Shown piece by piece: positions 27,911-39,084 of a stretch of DNA of 64,000 bases. A program made the position numbers and the translations under genes. Source of the DNA: Ylistrum balloti (taxonomy: Eukaryota); assembly GCF_031769215.1 (NCBI RefSeq), contig NW_026782111.1, positions 310,001 through 374,000 of the forward strand, given 5' to 3'. Below the pieces are notes generated by a model, which saw nothing but the letters and a program-made list of their open reading frames with translations, was not told the origin of the DNA and did not search any database. The stretch's first letter is position 1. Every line of letters begins with the position of its first letter.

Positions 27911-28254
27911 AATAAGAACAAAGGAAACAACAATAGAAATGCCAGTTATACTAACTAACATCACAAGATAAGTATTCTGAATATTCTTATTAAATTGTAT
28001 CACATGTCACAAGATTTAATCGCAATTAGATGTGAATTGATATGTATCGCATATTGCGGAAATTAGCATTTTGAATCAAAATACTTTACTGTTAAATTCG
28101 TCGTCTATCGCTTTTTCAAATATCTTTATGTACTGATTAGCAGTTTAAAGAGGGATTTTAATATTGAGTTTACGAAATACAAGACATACCCTTATTTGAA
28201 AACATCCCTCTTACAACTATTTGAGACGAGAAGAAAATTCCGGCAAGATAACAA

Positions 28255-28412
28255 AAGTTTCAATCAAACTCAAAGGCGATGAAACGACACGAGGGCAAAT
28301 ATGAACATAAGAAATATTAACATGGAGACACATGACAACTGCGAGGAATAACACCTGTTCCTGAAAGACTATCGTCCTCCTTCTGCTGCATTGACAACAT
28401 CCGCCATGTAGA
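28255..28412 (-). mobile_element. Penelope-like 3' tail fragment
   Basis: CATGGAGACAC...GAGGAATAACACCTGTTCCTGAAAGAC...ACAACATCCGCCATGT parallels 20333-20425. Confidence 0.5.
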
Positions 28413-28489
28413 ACATAAAAATGTGATAAAAAATTCAATTGTATTGAAACCTGTGAGAAAATAACACTACATGTAAAAGAAAACATGGT

Positions 28490-28650
28490 GCTTTGATATT
28501 AATTATACTGCATCATGCATTTGTTTCGACCGTCTAGGACTCGTCAGTAATGCTAAGTGCCTAAATTTTGAAGCCTAGGAGGCGACTCAGGAAATTTCCA
28601 AAGTGATCGAAAGAAACGTAAAAATCTAGATGGGGAGGTGTAATGGCCCC
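28490..28650 (-). mobile_element. HHR carrier element with a single mutated hammerhead (28511-28555)
   Basis: RC TAGCATTACTGACGAGTCCTAGACGGTCGAAACAAATGCATGATG; its 5' flank (ATCTAGATTTT...CGATCACTTT...CCTAGGCTTCAAAATTTAG) is shared with 46940-47030 and 31085-31132. Confidence 0.75.
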
Positions 28651-29510
28651 ATTGATCAATGTGGTTATTTTCATATATCTGATAATTAAAATGTTAATTT
28701 ACGTGTACATGTTGCTTATTATTTGTGTGGGTATACCATTGCACGGTTTTACGAATTCGGGTTTTTATAATCTGAATTTATGTATGTTAATTGACAACTG
28801 ACATACATAATTGTGATGGTCAGCAAAAACCATTTATTAGGTTACTGGATCATTTCAACAAACACTCAATACAAGTGTTTACTAATAACAATTAATGGAT
28901 AAAAAAACTAAAGTAGACTGTCATAGTGATAATATCAATGTTGATATCGCAGATATTATATTACCCGGATCAAAATTCCTGATCACTCATATCCGATGCA
29001 TGTTAGCGATATCAAAACATTTCTTTGAAAATGAACGGCTTCGGTTGAAATTGTTGACGATCAGAAATTTCATATCTTCATTTTCAAATTTTTCCCCCAT
29101 AACAGTGATAGAATCGTGTTTCATCGTGTGATAAGAAAATTCAATTTGTTTGATGGTCGTTAGTTTGCCTTGTAGGTTCGTTGTTATTTAACCGACATTC
29201 ATCTTGAGAGCTTGCCATTTTTGCAATTGATTACGGTTAATGTTGCCGGCGTCTTCAATAAATCACGGACCATGTGATTTGTGTGGAATAGTGACTTAGA
29301 TCAACAAGAGAGATGCTGCTTAGAAAATGGTAGTCTTTTAGTAGAATAAACAGTTTACCATACACGTTAGCTTTCATAGCGGCATTTCCTGGATGATGGT
29401 CTTTATTCATGTACCAGATCAGACAGGTTTCGCATAAACGTTTAATCTTATTTAAATGTATACATACACAGTTCATATTTTTGTCGCACTAATATTTTTC
29501 CATCCTTTCA

Positions 29511-29727
29511 GGGGCCGCGATTGCCAAGGGAGTCAAGGCCTCTGAGTGGCTTTATCAAACTCGGGGTCGCGGGTTCGAGGCCTTACGTAGGGAAGTCGCC
29601 AGATAATGACTGCAGGTCGGTTGTTTTCCTTCTGGAAATCCGGCTTTCTTCCACCAACCAAACTTGGCATGTCCTTAAATGACCCCAGGCTGTTAATAGG
29701 ACGTAAAGCAACAATAATCAAAACCAA
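29511..29727 (+). mobile_element. tRNA-derived SINE (Meta/V-SINE-like central domain)
   Basis: GGGGCCGCGATTGCCAAGGGAG (A-box-like), GGGTTCGAGGCC (B box), central GGTCGGTTGTTTTCCTTCTGGAAATCCGGCTTTCTTCCACC, tail CCTTAAATGACCCCAGGCTGTTAATAGGACGT ending in A/C-rich repeats. Family assignment is from recall only. Confidence 0.75.
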
Positions 29728-30739
29728 TGTTTTCCTTCAGAATCATTGATGTCGTGTTTACAGGGTGAAGATTATCTAAGTACATATCTCAAAGAAAACA
29801 ACACGTGATCAGGTAAACAATATAAAATAGACCCATTACATGAGATACACATTGGCCCTTTAGGAATCTTTTGATAAACATCACAACCAGATGTGGATTG
29901 AATATTGACGGGAATGCAAGTCTTTTATCGCGTTGAAATGTCACATATGCTCATATATCTTAAAATAAGATATCGGTTCACTGAATGTACGCCTAATTTG
30001 ATGTGAAGACATCCGAGATGTAAAGCGTGCCTTGTCGTAAGTAGGCGAGACCAGAAACACTCGTTTCGATTCATCATTTTTCTTTGTACTTAAATGTTTT
30101 TATTCTTATTCTTGGTATCCACCCAGTTGTATGGATCAATGACTCCTTCTTCGCTTTATTCATCTTTTATAAATAGTATTTTATTGTCATGCCTTTTTTC
30201 TAATATTCAGACTCCCTGTTGTACATGTATGCATTTCACCGAAACCAGACGTACACCAGCGTGTTGTTCAAAGGGTAAACATGTGAAAAGTACATTTCAA
30301 TACAAACATTTAACACCGTTACACAACTGTTTCATTCTTCTAGGTTTCATCAGAGCCTTATGGGTTGAAATTCAGGAGGCAATTCAGGCAAGTTGGTCGA
30401 AATCAAATTAGTAGAATGGCATCTCACTTTCTTTTAATGTACATTTCTTCTCAGTTGTTTTCACTAAATCAATCAACATGTATTGTTCTATCCATGCATT
30501 ACGTTTCATCTTGATTTATCGGTATGGAAACTTGGGATTCGTTACGGGTTGCATCTGGATATCGTATCGAGTAAGAATCGATTTCTAACATCCTGTACAG
30601 GTATGATGAGACACTATTCAGAATACTAACATACTCGAAAGTGCTCGACATTCGTTTGTTTGCAATTATCCAATATTTTGATATGAAATTAATCAATTGT
30701 GGGATTAGTGTACCTTCACATCATATTCGGATTTCCCCG

Positions 30740-30830
30740 TCACCTACAAGATTTTAATAATTTAGACCCTCAGCATCACTGACGAGGCTTAGAAGGACGA
30801 AACTTGCCGTAATGTGCAGTTCGGTTCATT
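30740..30830 (+). mobile_element. HHR carrier element, solo decayed hammerhead (30771-30816)
   Basis: TTTAGACCCT-CAGCATCACTGACGAGGCTTAGAAGGACGAAACTTGCCGTAATGTGCAGTT. Confidence 0.7.
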
Positions 30831-31084
30831 GTTCGTTTCTCCTTTGGTCTAAGTTTGAATTGAAATGTGTGTTTTGTACAATATCTTCCTCAGCACTTTG
30901 AAGATGTTAGACACAGCAGATAGACGTTTAGTCCTTGTGATTCAACGTAGCCGACAAACCACGTTTAGACCAATGGAAATAGTAGCACGATTAAGAATAT
31001 AGACACACACTTGTCGTTCTGATGAAATCATTCGAAATAAAATTTTAATGAAATTTATTGAAATTTGAGTTTAGTGCATCTCCT

Positions 31085-31235
31085 CAATTTAGATTTTCTC
31101 AGTTACCTCCTAGGTTTCAACCATTTAGACCCTTATCTGACTGGATAATCCTAAGAGGACGAAACAGTGGTATGGTGCTGTTCAATTCATTATTTCACTC
31201 TGCTGTATTGAAAAGTGCTATTCACTTATGTGTCT
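31085..31235 (+). mobile_element. HHR carrier element with both flanks, core destroyed
   Basis: CCTCCTAGGTTTCAACCATTTAGACCCTTA...ATCCTAAGAGGACGAAACAGTGGTATGGTGCTGTTCAATTCATT...GAAAAGTGCTATTCACTTATGTGT; the last motif recurs at 44649-44672. Confidence 0.65.
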
Positions 31236-31293
31236 TTCATGTATACAGATAAGGCATTCATTGTATAGAAAAGGAAGATTTGTTAATTTTTTT

Positions 31294-31330
31294 TTCTTCT
31301 TCTTCTTTCTTCTTCTTCTTCTTCTTCTTT
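31294..31330. repeat. (TTC)n microsatellite
   Basis: Direct reading, one short interruption. Confidence 0.85.
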
Positions 31331-31558
31331 TTTCGCTCTAACGATGTCACAAAGCTACATCCGTGACGTAATTTGGAAGAGCAATCCAGTTTCATAGATT
31401 GTATGCTGTTGTTTCAATTGTTTTAAGTGTGCATCAGATGATAAATAAAGAGCGATCCTAATGTAGAACTTTACGGTAGTGTCCTTGGGTGGATCCGTTT
31501 ATAGGATTCAATAGAGTTCTTTAACAAAAAAAACATAATTAGCAAAAAGAAATTCCAC

Positions 31559-31691
31559 ACAAGGAAGACGTTCTGTGAGATTTGCCTGCTTGTTTTGGCC
31601 GCTGTGCGTAGATTAAGAATACTCCCAATAATCAATTATAATAATAATCGGACGAAACTTGTAGACGAATCTCACAAAACGTCTTCCTTGT
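31559..31691. repeat. 24-bp inverted repeat with 85-bp spacer (MITE-like)
   Basis: ACAAGGAAGACGTTCTGTGAGATT (31559-31582) versus AATCTCACAAAACGTCTTCCTTGT (31668-31691), 23/24 complementary. Confidence 0.8.
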
Positions 31692-32316
31692 ATTTCGTTT
31701 CCATTTTTGGTAATTAAATGTGCAAAAGAAAAATTTTACTGTAAATTCTTAAGTAAGTAAACAAGGAAGTCTAGCTGTGGTTTCTATTACGTTTCGACGT
31801 CTGTTCGAATTCTATGTTTTAATCACTATAACTTAAAGTCTTTTTTTTCAGAATTTGATTTTTTTTTCATTAATCAATAAATTTTTCTTTCATTTCGATG
31901 ATTTGCGTTACCAATTGCTTGCGAAAAATACGTTATGAAATGAGATCGGTATCATATTTGTTTTATTAAATGACTGTCGCCATGTAATAATTTAACTGTA
32001 TGTAATAATGCTATGTACTTCAAAGACAGTCTGAAATGTACATGAAGTTCTACCTATATGTTCCCGAAGGTTTAAATAAAATCAATTTAAAGACAAATTC
32101 TATAGTGAGGGGTTGTTGGTCAATGTTAATATTGAGTCCTTGAATGACTTACTAAAATGTCATTCTAGCATAAATTTCTATATCTAGTGACATTTTTCTT
32201 CTTCCATTTGGTCAGTATATGTCAGGATGTAATGACAGTGTAGCACAACCAAATTTCTGACTGTTAATGAAAAAACCGCTATAGTATACTTGTATCTTTT
32301 ATTGTTGCTGGGTTGA

Positions 32317-32528
32317 TACTGCAAAGTCATATATATTTGTGGGGCTCAATTTAAATAGTTTATCAAAAAAATCATGAACTCGTGGACAATTGATTTTTCG
32401 GATATATCTCAATAAATCTACTGAAAATAATTTTTCGGTAGATCACGTGACATATCAATTCTTGGATTAATATCGCAACGAAATTCAACGAAAATAAATT
32501 CCGCGCGAAAATGAATGACTTTACAGTA
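32317..32528. mobile_element. MITE with 14-bp terminal inverted repeats and TA ends (CACGAAA/TTCGTGG family)
   Basis: TACTGCAAAGTCAT ... ATGACTTTACAGTA (13/14 match). Internal motifs recur at about 4965-5162, 7140-7245, 8386-8574, 9240-9420, 14456-14640, 18800-18870, 32880-32976, 40010-40095 and 55340-55435. Confidence 0.7.
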
Positions 32529-33479
32529 CGAGGATAACCAGTGAATTAGATTCTAGGATAAACAGCAACTAATCCTTTATCTATTTTACAACACTTCGTC
32601 CCTGGTTCACTTAAAATTCTTAAAGGATAAAACAACAGTTTCCTTGCTTGAATTCTTAAGGCCTTAATTCTATGTTCCTTGTACAATAGTTGCTTTGTTC
32701 TTCGTTGTGCCAATAAGAACTTGTTTTTGTCCGTTTTCTTTTCTCCCTCTCATAGCTTTCCTTTTGAAGACAACCTTCTGTTCCCCATTCTTCATATAAC
32801 TTTGGCTGTTGCGAGTAAATATACCTTTACACGTGCAGTTAATATTGATAGATATGTCCAAATAAATCTACTTATATGAATCTTAAACATTTTATAGACA
32901 TATGAATTCGTAGATTAAGAATACCTACAATAATCAATGAAAATTAGCCCCCACGAAAATTAATGGTATTGCAGTAATTGTTTACGTATTAACGAACGAT
33001 AATGAAAGTAGTGATTAATATGCAGATCGTAATCAGTAATACCTCATAATTATGTCAAATAAATCAATTTAACCGTAAATAGCTACGTGATGAAGTCATC
33101 AATCATGATCGCCCTAATCACAGTTGACGTCTGATTTATGACACTGATTTCAATTTACTCTGTCAGATATTTCAATAATATTTTGATATGAAACGCACGG
33201 TGAAACGAAAGAGCTTTCACTGAAATATAAGTAGGCTCGAATTAGATTCTGGCGTCTTCACGATCAATTCATTCGTGTATATCACTTTACATTTCTAAAG
33301 TCACAGTGTTCTTTACAACACAAATGGTTTGATTTGGAAATCGCTGGCTGCAAAATATTCATTATCAATCCAGGAGGTGTATACGTTGACAGAGGGCGGA
33401 AGACTCAACCGTACTGTAGATTCAACTGTACAAATCATGTACAGAGTGAAAGAGAGCGGAAAAATACCGCAGATGTATA

Positions 33480-36400
33480 CATACCGTGACGAAGGATTCA
33501 ACAGTACCGAAGATGTTTACCGTGACGGAGGACTCAATAGTACCGAAGCTGTATACAGTGACGGAGGACTCAATAGTACAGAACGTATATACAGTGAGGG
33601 ATGACTCAATAGTACCGAAGGTGTTTACAGTGACGGAGGACTCAATAGTACCAAAGGTGTTTACAGTGACGAAGGACTCAATAGTACCGAAGCTGTATAC
33701 AGTGACGGAGGACTCAATAGTACAGAACGTATATACAGTGAGGGAGGACTCAACAGTACCGAATCTGTATACAGTGAGGGATGACTCAATAGTACAGAAC
33801 ATATATACAGTGACAGAGGACTCAATAGTACCGAAGGTTTATACAGTGACGGAGGACTCAATAGTAATGAAGGTTTATACAGTGACGGAGGACTCAATAG
33901 TACCAAGGGTTTATACAGTGACGGAGGACTCGACAGTACCGAAGGTTTATACAATGACGGAGGACTTAATAGTACCGAAGGTTTATACAGTGACGGAGGA
34001 CTCAAAAGTACCGGAGGTGTTCACAGTGGCGGAGGACTCAATAGTACCGAAGGTGCATACAGTGAAGATGGACTCAATAGTACTGAAGGAGTATACAGTG
34101 ACGGAGAACTCAATATTACTGAAGCTGTATAGTGTGACGGAGAACTCAATACTACCGAAGGTGTTTTCAGTGACGGAGGACTCAGCAGTATCGAAGGTGT
34201 ATACAGTGACGGAGGACTCAATAGTACCGAAGGTTTATACAGGGACGGAGGACTTAATAGTACCGAAGGTGTTTACAGTGACGGTAGGCGGAGGACTTTA
34301 TAGTACCGAAGCTGTCTACTGTGACGAAGGACTCAATGGTACTGAAGGTGTATACAGTAACGGAGGACTCAATAGTACCGAAGCTGTATACTGTGACGGA
34401 GGACTCAATAGTACCGAAATTATATAGAATGAGGGAGGACTCAATAGTACCGAGGCTGTATACAGTGACAGAGGACTCAATAGTACCGAAGCTGTATACT
34501 GTGACGGAGGACTCAACAGTACCGAAATTATATAGAATGAGGGAGGACTCAATAGTGCCGAGGCTGTATATAGTGACAGAGGACTCAATAGTACCGAAGG
34601 TGTTTACAGTGACGGAGGACTCAATAGTACCAAAGGTGTTTACAGTGACGAAGGACTCAATAGTACCGAAGCTGTATACAGTGACGGAGGACTCAATAGT
34701 ACAGAACGTATATACAGTGAGGGAGGACTCAACAGTATCGAATCTGTATACAGTGAGGGATGACTCAATAGTACAGAACATATATACAGTGACAGAGGAC
34801 TCAATAGTACCGAATGTTTATACAGTGACGGAGGACTCAATAGTAATGAAGGTTTATACAGTGACGGAGGACTCAATAGTACCGATTCAGTGACGGACTC
34901 AAAAGTACTGAAGGTGTTTACAGTGACGGAGGACTCAAAAGTACTGAAGGTGTTTAAAGTGACGGAGGGCGGGGGACTCAATGGTACTGAAGGTGTACAC
35001 AGTGACGGAGGACTCGACAATACCGTAGTTATATACAGTGACGGAGGACTCAAAAATTCGAAGGCATATAGAGGGGCGGGGGATTCGACAATACCGTAGT
35101 TATATACAGTGACGGAGGACTCGACAATACCGTAGTTATATACGGAGACGGAGGACTCGACAGTATCGTAGTTATATACGGAGACGGAGGACTCGACAGT
35201 ACCGTAGTTATATACGGAGACGGAGGACTCGACAGTACCGTAGTTATATAAAGTGACGGAGGACTCGACAATACCGAAGGTTTATACAGTGACGGAGGAC
35301 TCAATAGTACCAAAGGTGTTTACAGTGACGAAGGACTCAATAGTACCGAAGCTGTATACAGTGACGGAGAAGGTTTATACAGTGACGGAGGACTCGACAG
35401 GGATACCGAAGAACATATATACAGTGACAGAGGATCAATAGTACCGAATGTTTATACAGTGACGGAGGACTCCACAGATTCGAAGGTTTATACAGTGACG
35501 GAGGACTTAATAGTACCGAAGGTTTATACAGTGACGGAGGACTTAATAGTACCGAAGGTTTATACAGTGACGGAGGACTCGACAGTACCGTAGTTATATA
35601 CAGTGACGGAGGACTCGACAGTACCGTAGTTATATACAGAGACGGAGGACTCGACAGTACCGTAGTTATATACAGAGACGGAGTACTCAACAATGCCGTA
35701 GTTATATACGGAGACGGAGGACTCGACAGTACCGTAGTTATATACGGAGACGGAGGACTCGACAGTACCGTAGTTATATACAGTGACGGAGGACTCGACA
35801 ATACCGAAGGTTTATACAGTGACGGAGGACTTAATAGTACCGAAGGTTTATACAGTGACGGAGGACTCAATAGTACCGAAGGTTTATACAGTGACGGAGG
35901 ACTTAATAGTACCGAAGGTTTATACAGTGACGGAGGACTTAATAGTACCGAAGGTTTATACAGTGACGGAGGACTTAATAGTACCGAAGGTTGATTCAGT
36001 GACAGAGGACTCGACAGTACCGAAGGTTTATACAGTGACGGAGGACTTAATAGTACCGAAGGTTTATACAGTGACGGAGGACTCGACAGTACCGAAGGTT
36101 TATACAGTGACGGAGGACTTAATAGTACCGAAGGTTTATACAGTGACGGAGGACTCAATAGTACCGAAGGTTTATACAGTGACGGAGGACTTAATAGTAC
36201 CGAAGGTTTATACAGTGACGGAGGACTCGACAATACCGAAGGTTTATACAGTGACGGAGGACTTAATAGTACCGAAGGTTTATACAGTGACGGAGGACTC
36301 GACAGTACCGTAGTTATATACAGAGACGGAGGACTCAACAATGCCGTAGTTATATACAGAGACGGAGGACTCGACAGTACCGTAGTTATATACAGAGACG

Positions 36401-37010
36401 GAGGACTCGACAGTACCGTAGTAATATACAGAGACGGAGTACTCAACAATGCCGTAGTTATATACAGAGACGGAGGACTCGACAGTACCGTAGTTATATA
36501 CAGTGACGGAGGACTCGACAGTACCGTAGTTATATACAGAGACGGAGGACTCGACAGTACCGTAGTTATATACAGTCGTAGTTATATACAGAGACGGAGG
36601 ACTCGACAGTACCGTAGTTATATACAGTGACGGAGGACTCGACAGTACCGTAGTTATATACAGAGACGGAGGACTCGACAGTACCGTAGTTATATACAGA
36701 GACGGAGGACTCGACAGTACCGTAGTTATATACAGAGACGGAGGACTCGACAGTACCGTAGTTATATACAGAGACGGAGGACTCGACAGTACCGTAGTTA
36801 TATACAGAGACGGAGGACTCGACAGTACCGTAGTTATATACAGTGACGGAGGACTCGACAGTACCGTAGTTATATACAGAGACGGAGGACTCGACAGTAC
36901 CGTAGTTATATACAGTGACGGAGGACTCGACAATACCGTAGTTATATACAGAGACGGAGGACTCAATGATATCGACGGAGGACTTAATAGTACCGTAGCT
37001 GTATACATTG
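33480..37010. repeat. 36-bp minisatellite, close to 100 copies, two variant classes
   Basis: Units GTGACGGAGGACTYAATAGTACCGAAGGTTTATACA and GAGACGGAGGACTCGACAGTACCGTAGTTATATACA; 12-aa periodic ORFs result. Confidence 0.97.
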
Positions 37011-38364
37011 ACAGATGATGAAAGGCTGAACAGATCAGATCGAAGAAAACCCGCTTACATACATGCCCTGTGGCTTTTACATGTCTTAGTTTATTCGATA
37101 TACAATAACTTGATTAATGATTAATTATAAATTATCATTCAATCCGGGTTCTCATAGAAAAAAAATCATCGTTTTCTCAATGTGAAAATACCGATTATTT
37201 ATTGACTTGTACTTGTAACTAAAAATTGTCAGCTCAGTCTTCCATGACTTCTCTGAACTGCTTACCAAACAATGTATTAAAATATGTTTAAATGAATAAA
37301 TAAAAAAATTGTTATTCATCTCATTAGTAAACAAATTGTGACTGATTTATCTGAGTTAATTTAAATATTAAGAATATTAATGAGCAATATATTACCTCAT
37401 CTTTGTAACCACAATCGTAATCAGTTACAAAAACGGACATTATAATTATGTTTGAATGTCAAAACTTAATTACATTTACATGTCTTTTTAGTGTGCACCG
37501 TAACTGTCACTCAATAAATAAAAGGAAAAATAGGACAACGTAAGATAAAAAATTTATTACGGCTGAAAATGATATTCAGAATTATAAATCTACAAGATAG
37601 ATTATAATATAAAATTAAAATTAGAAAATTTTAAATGATGTATGTTGTTCTTTTTGAAAGTTAAATTATGAATTATATGAATTTATCTGCTATAACGTGT
37701 ATATAAAACAAACTGATTTGCATAAGTAAATAAGGTACTGAATAATACATAACAATGAAAATCGATATTCATGTCTAACTTTGTTGTATTGCTATTTGTT
37801 TACAAGCTAATATGACAGATACTGGGTAAATAATGTGATGAATGTTTGTTAAGGTATAGGAGTTGTGTATATACAACATCAATATCATTAATCTACACTT
37901 CCTTTTAATAATTATGTTTAAATTTGCATCTTAATTTAATTTGAATCCGCAATATAGAATACAAATAATAAATATGTATCTTATCTGCATGCAAATGAGT
38001 TTGTTATCGTGATAAAGGTTGCGTCTATCGGCGCCTAATAAACAAAAAAAGGTTATGTGAATACATTTCTTGTCACATAGTGTATATTGTATTCTACTAG
38101 AAATATATCATTAAAGTTACTTTGATCTATTTGTATATAGTTTAATAGTATATTACTAAAATTAACCAACCATTCAAAAATTTGTCTAAAACCTTACTGC
38201 TCAGTGACAACGTATGTGTACATTTTAAATCTGTGTCTGTTCCGATTTCCCTGTTATATATTTATAATAGGAAATATCTTCTGTAACTGTACTGTATTTC
38301 ATGGATTACGTTTGTTTCATCGTAAATATTGCATCATTTTCTGCGTAGTGACAATTCAGGCCAT

Positions 38365-39084
38365 CAGCATCACTAGCGAGTCCTAGGAGGACGACCCGGA
38401 TGTATAATGCAACATCACTGATAAATCCTAGAAGGATGAAACAGTTGTATGATGTAATTTCGCTGACGAGTTCTAGAAGGACGAAACATCGGTATGGTGC
38501 AGTATCATCGACGAGTCCCTAGAAGGACGAAACAGTTGTATGATGTAGCATCATTGAAGAGTCCTAGAAGGACGAAAGTGGTGTATGATTTAGCATTACT
38601 GACGAGTTCTAGAAGGACGAAACAGTTGTATGATGTAGCATCATTGAAGAGTCCTAGAAGGACGAAACTGGTGTATAATTTAGCATTACTGACGAGTTCT
38701 AGAAGGACGAAACAGTTGTATGATGTAGCATCATTGAAGAGTCCTAGAAGGACGAAACTGGTGTATGATTTAGCATTACTGACGAGTTCTAGAAGGACGA
38801 AACAGTTGTATGATGTAGCATCATTGAAGAGTCCTAGAAGGACGAAACTGGTGTATGATTTAGCATTACTGACGAGTTCTAGAAGGACGAAACTGGTGTA
38901 TGATGTAACATCACTGACTCGTCTTATAAGGACGGAATAGATGCATGATGCAGCATCACTGACGAGTCCTAGAAAGACAAAACAGCTGTATGATGTAGCA
39001 TTACTGACGAGTTCTAGAAGGACGAAACAGTTGTATGAAGTTATATCACTGACGAGTCCTAGAAGGACGAAACAGTATATGATG
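38365..39084 (+). ncRNA. Tandem array of 16 x 45-nt hammerhead ribozyme units with a 90-bp A/B higher-order repeat
   Basis: Same module as 11988-12438. B-type units (e.g. 38591-38635, 38681-38725, 38771-38815) read TAGCATTA-CTGACGA-GTTC-TAGAA-GGAC-GAA-ACAGTTGT-A-TGATG, with an intact core and G.U wobbles. A-type units have a TTGAAGA core and ACTGGTGT stem III. Confidence 0.88.

Noticed and set aside
33313-37008. Many long ORFs (up to 370 aa, VTEDSIVPKVYT or extensin-like SPPSLY repeats)
   Set aside because: They are translations of a 36-bp minisatellite on both strands, with frameshifting indels and no splice or start context.
33480-37010. 36-bp unit as another ribozyme (minus strand contains GAGTCC)
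   Set aside because: No CUGANGA or GAAA core and no convincing fold of a known self-cleaving class.
11988-39084. CRISPR-like appearance of the regular arrays
   Set aside because: No unique spacers, no cas genes, eukaryotic context.
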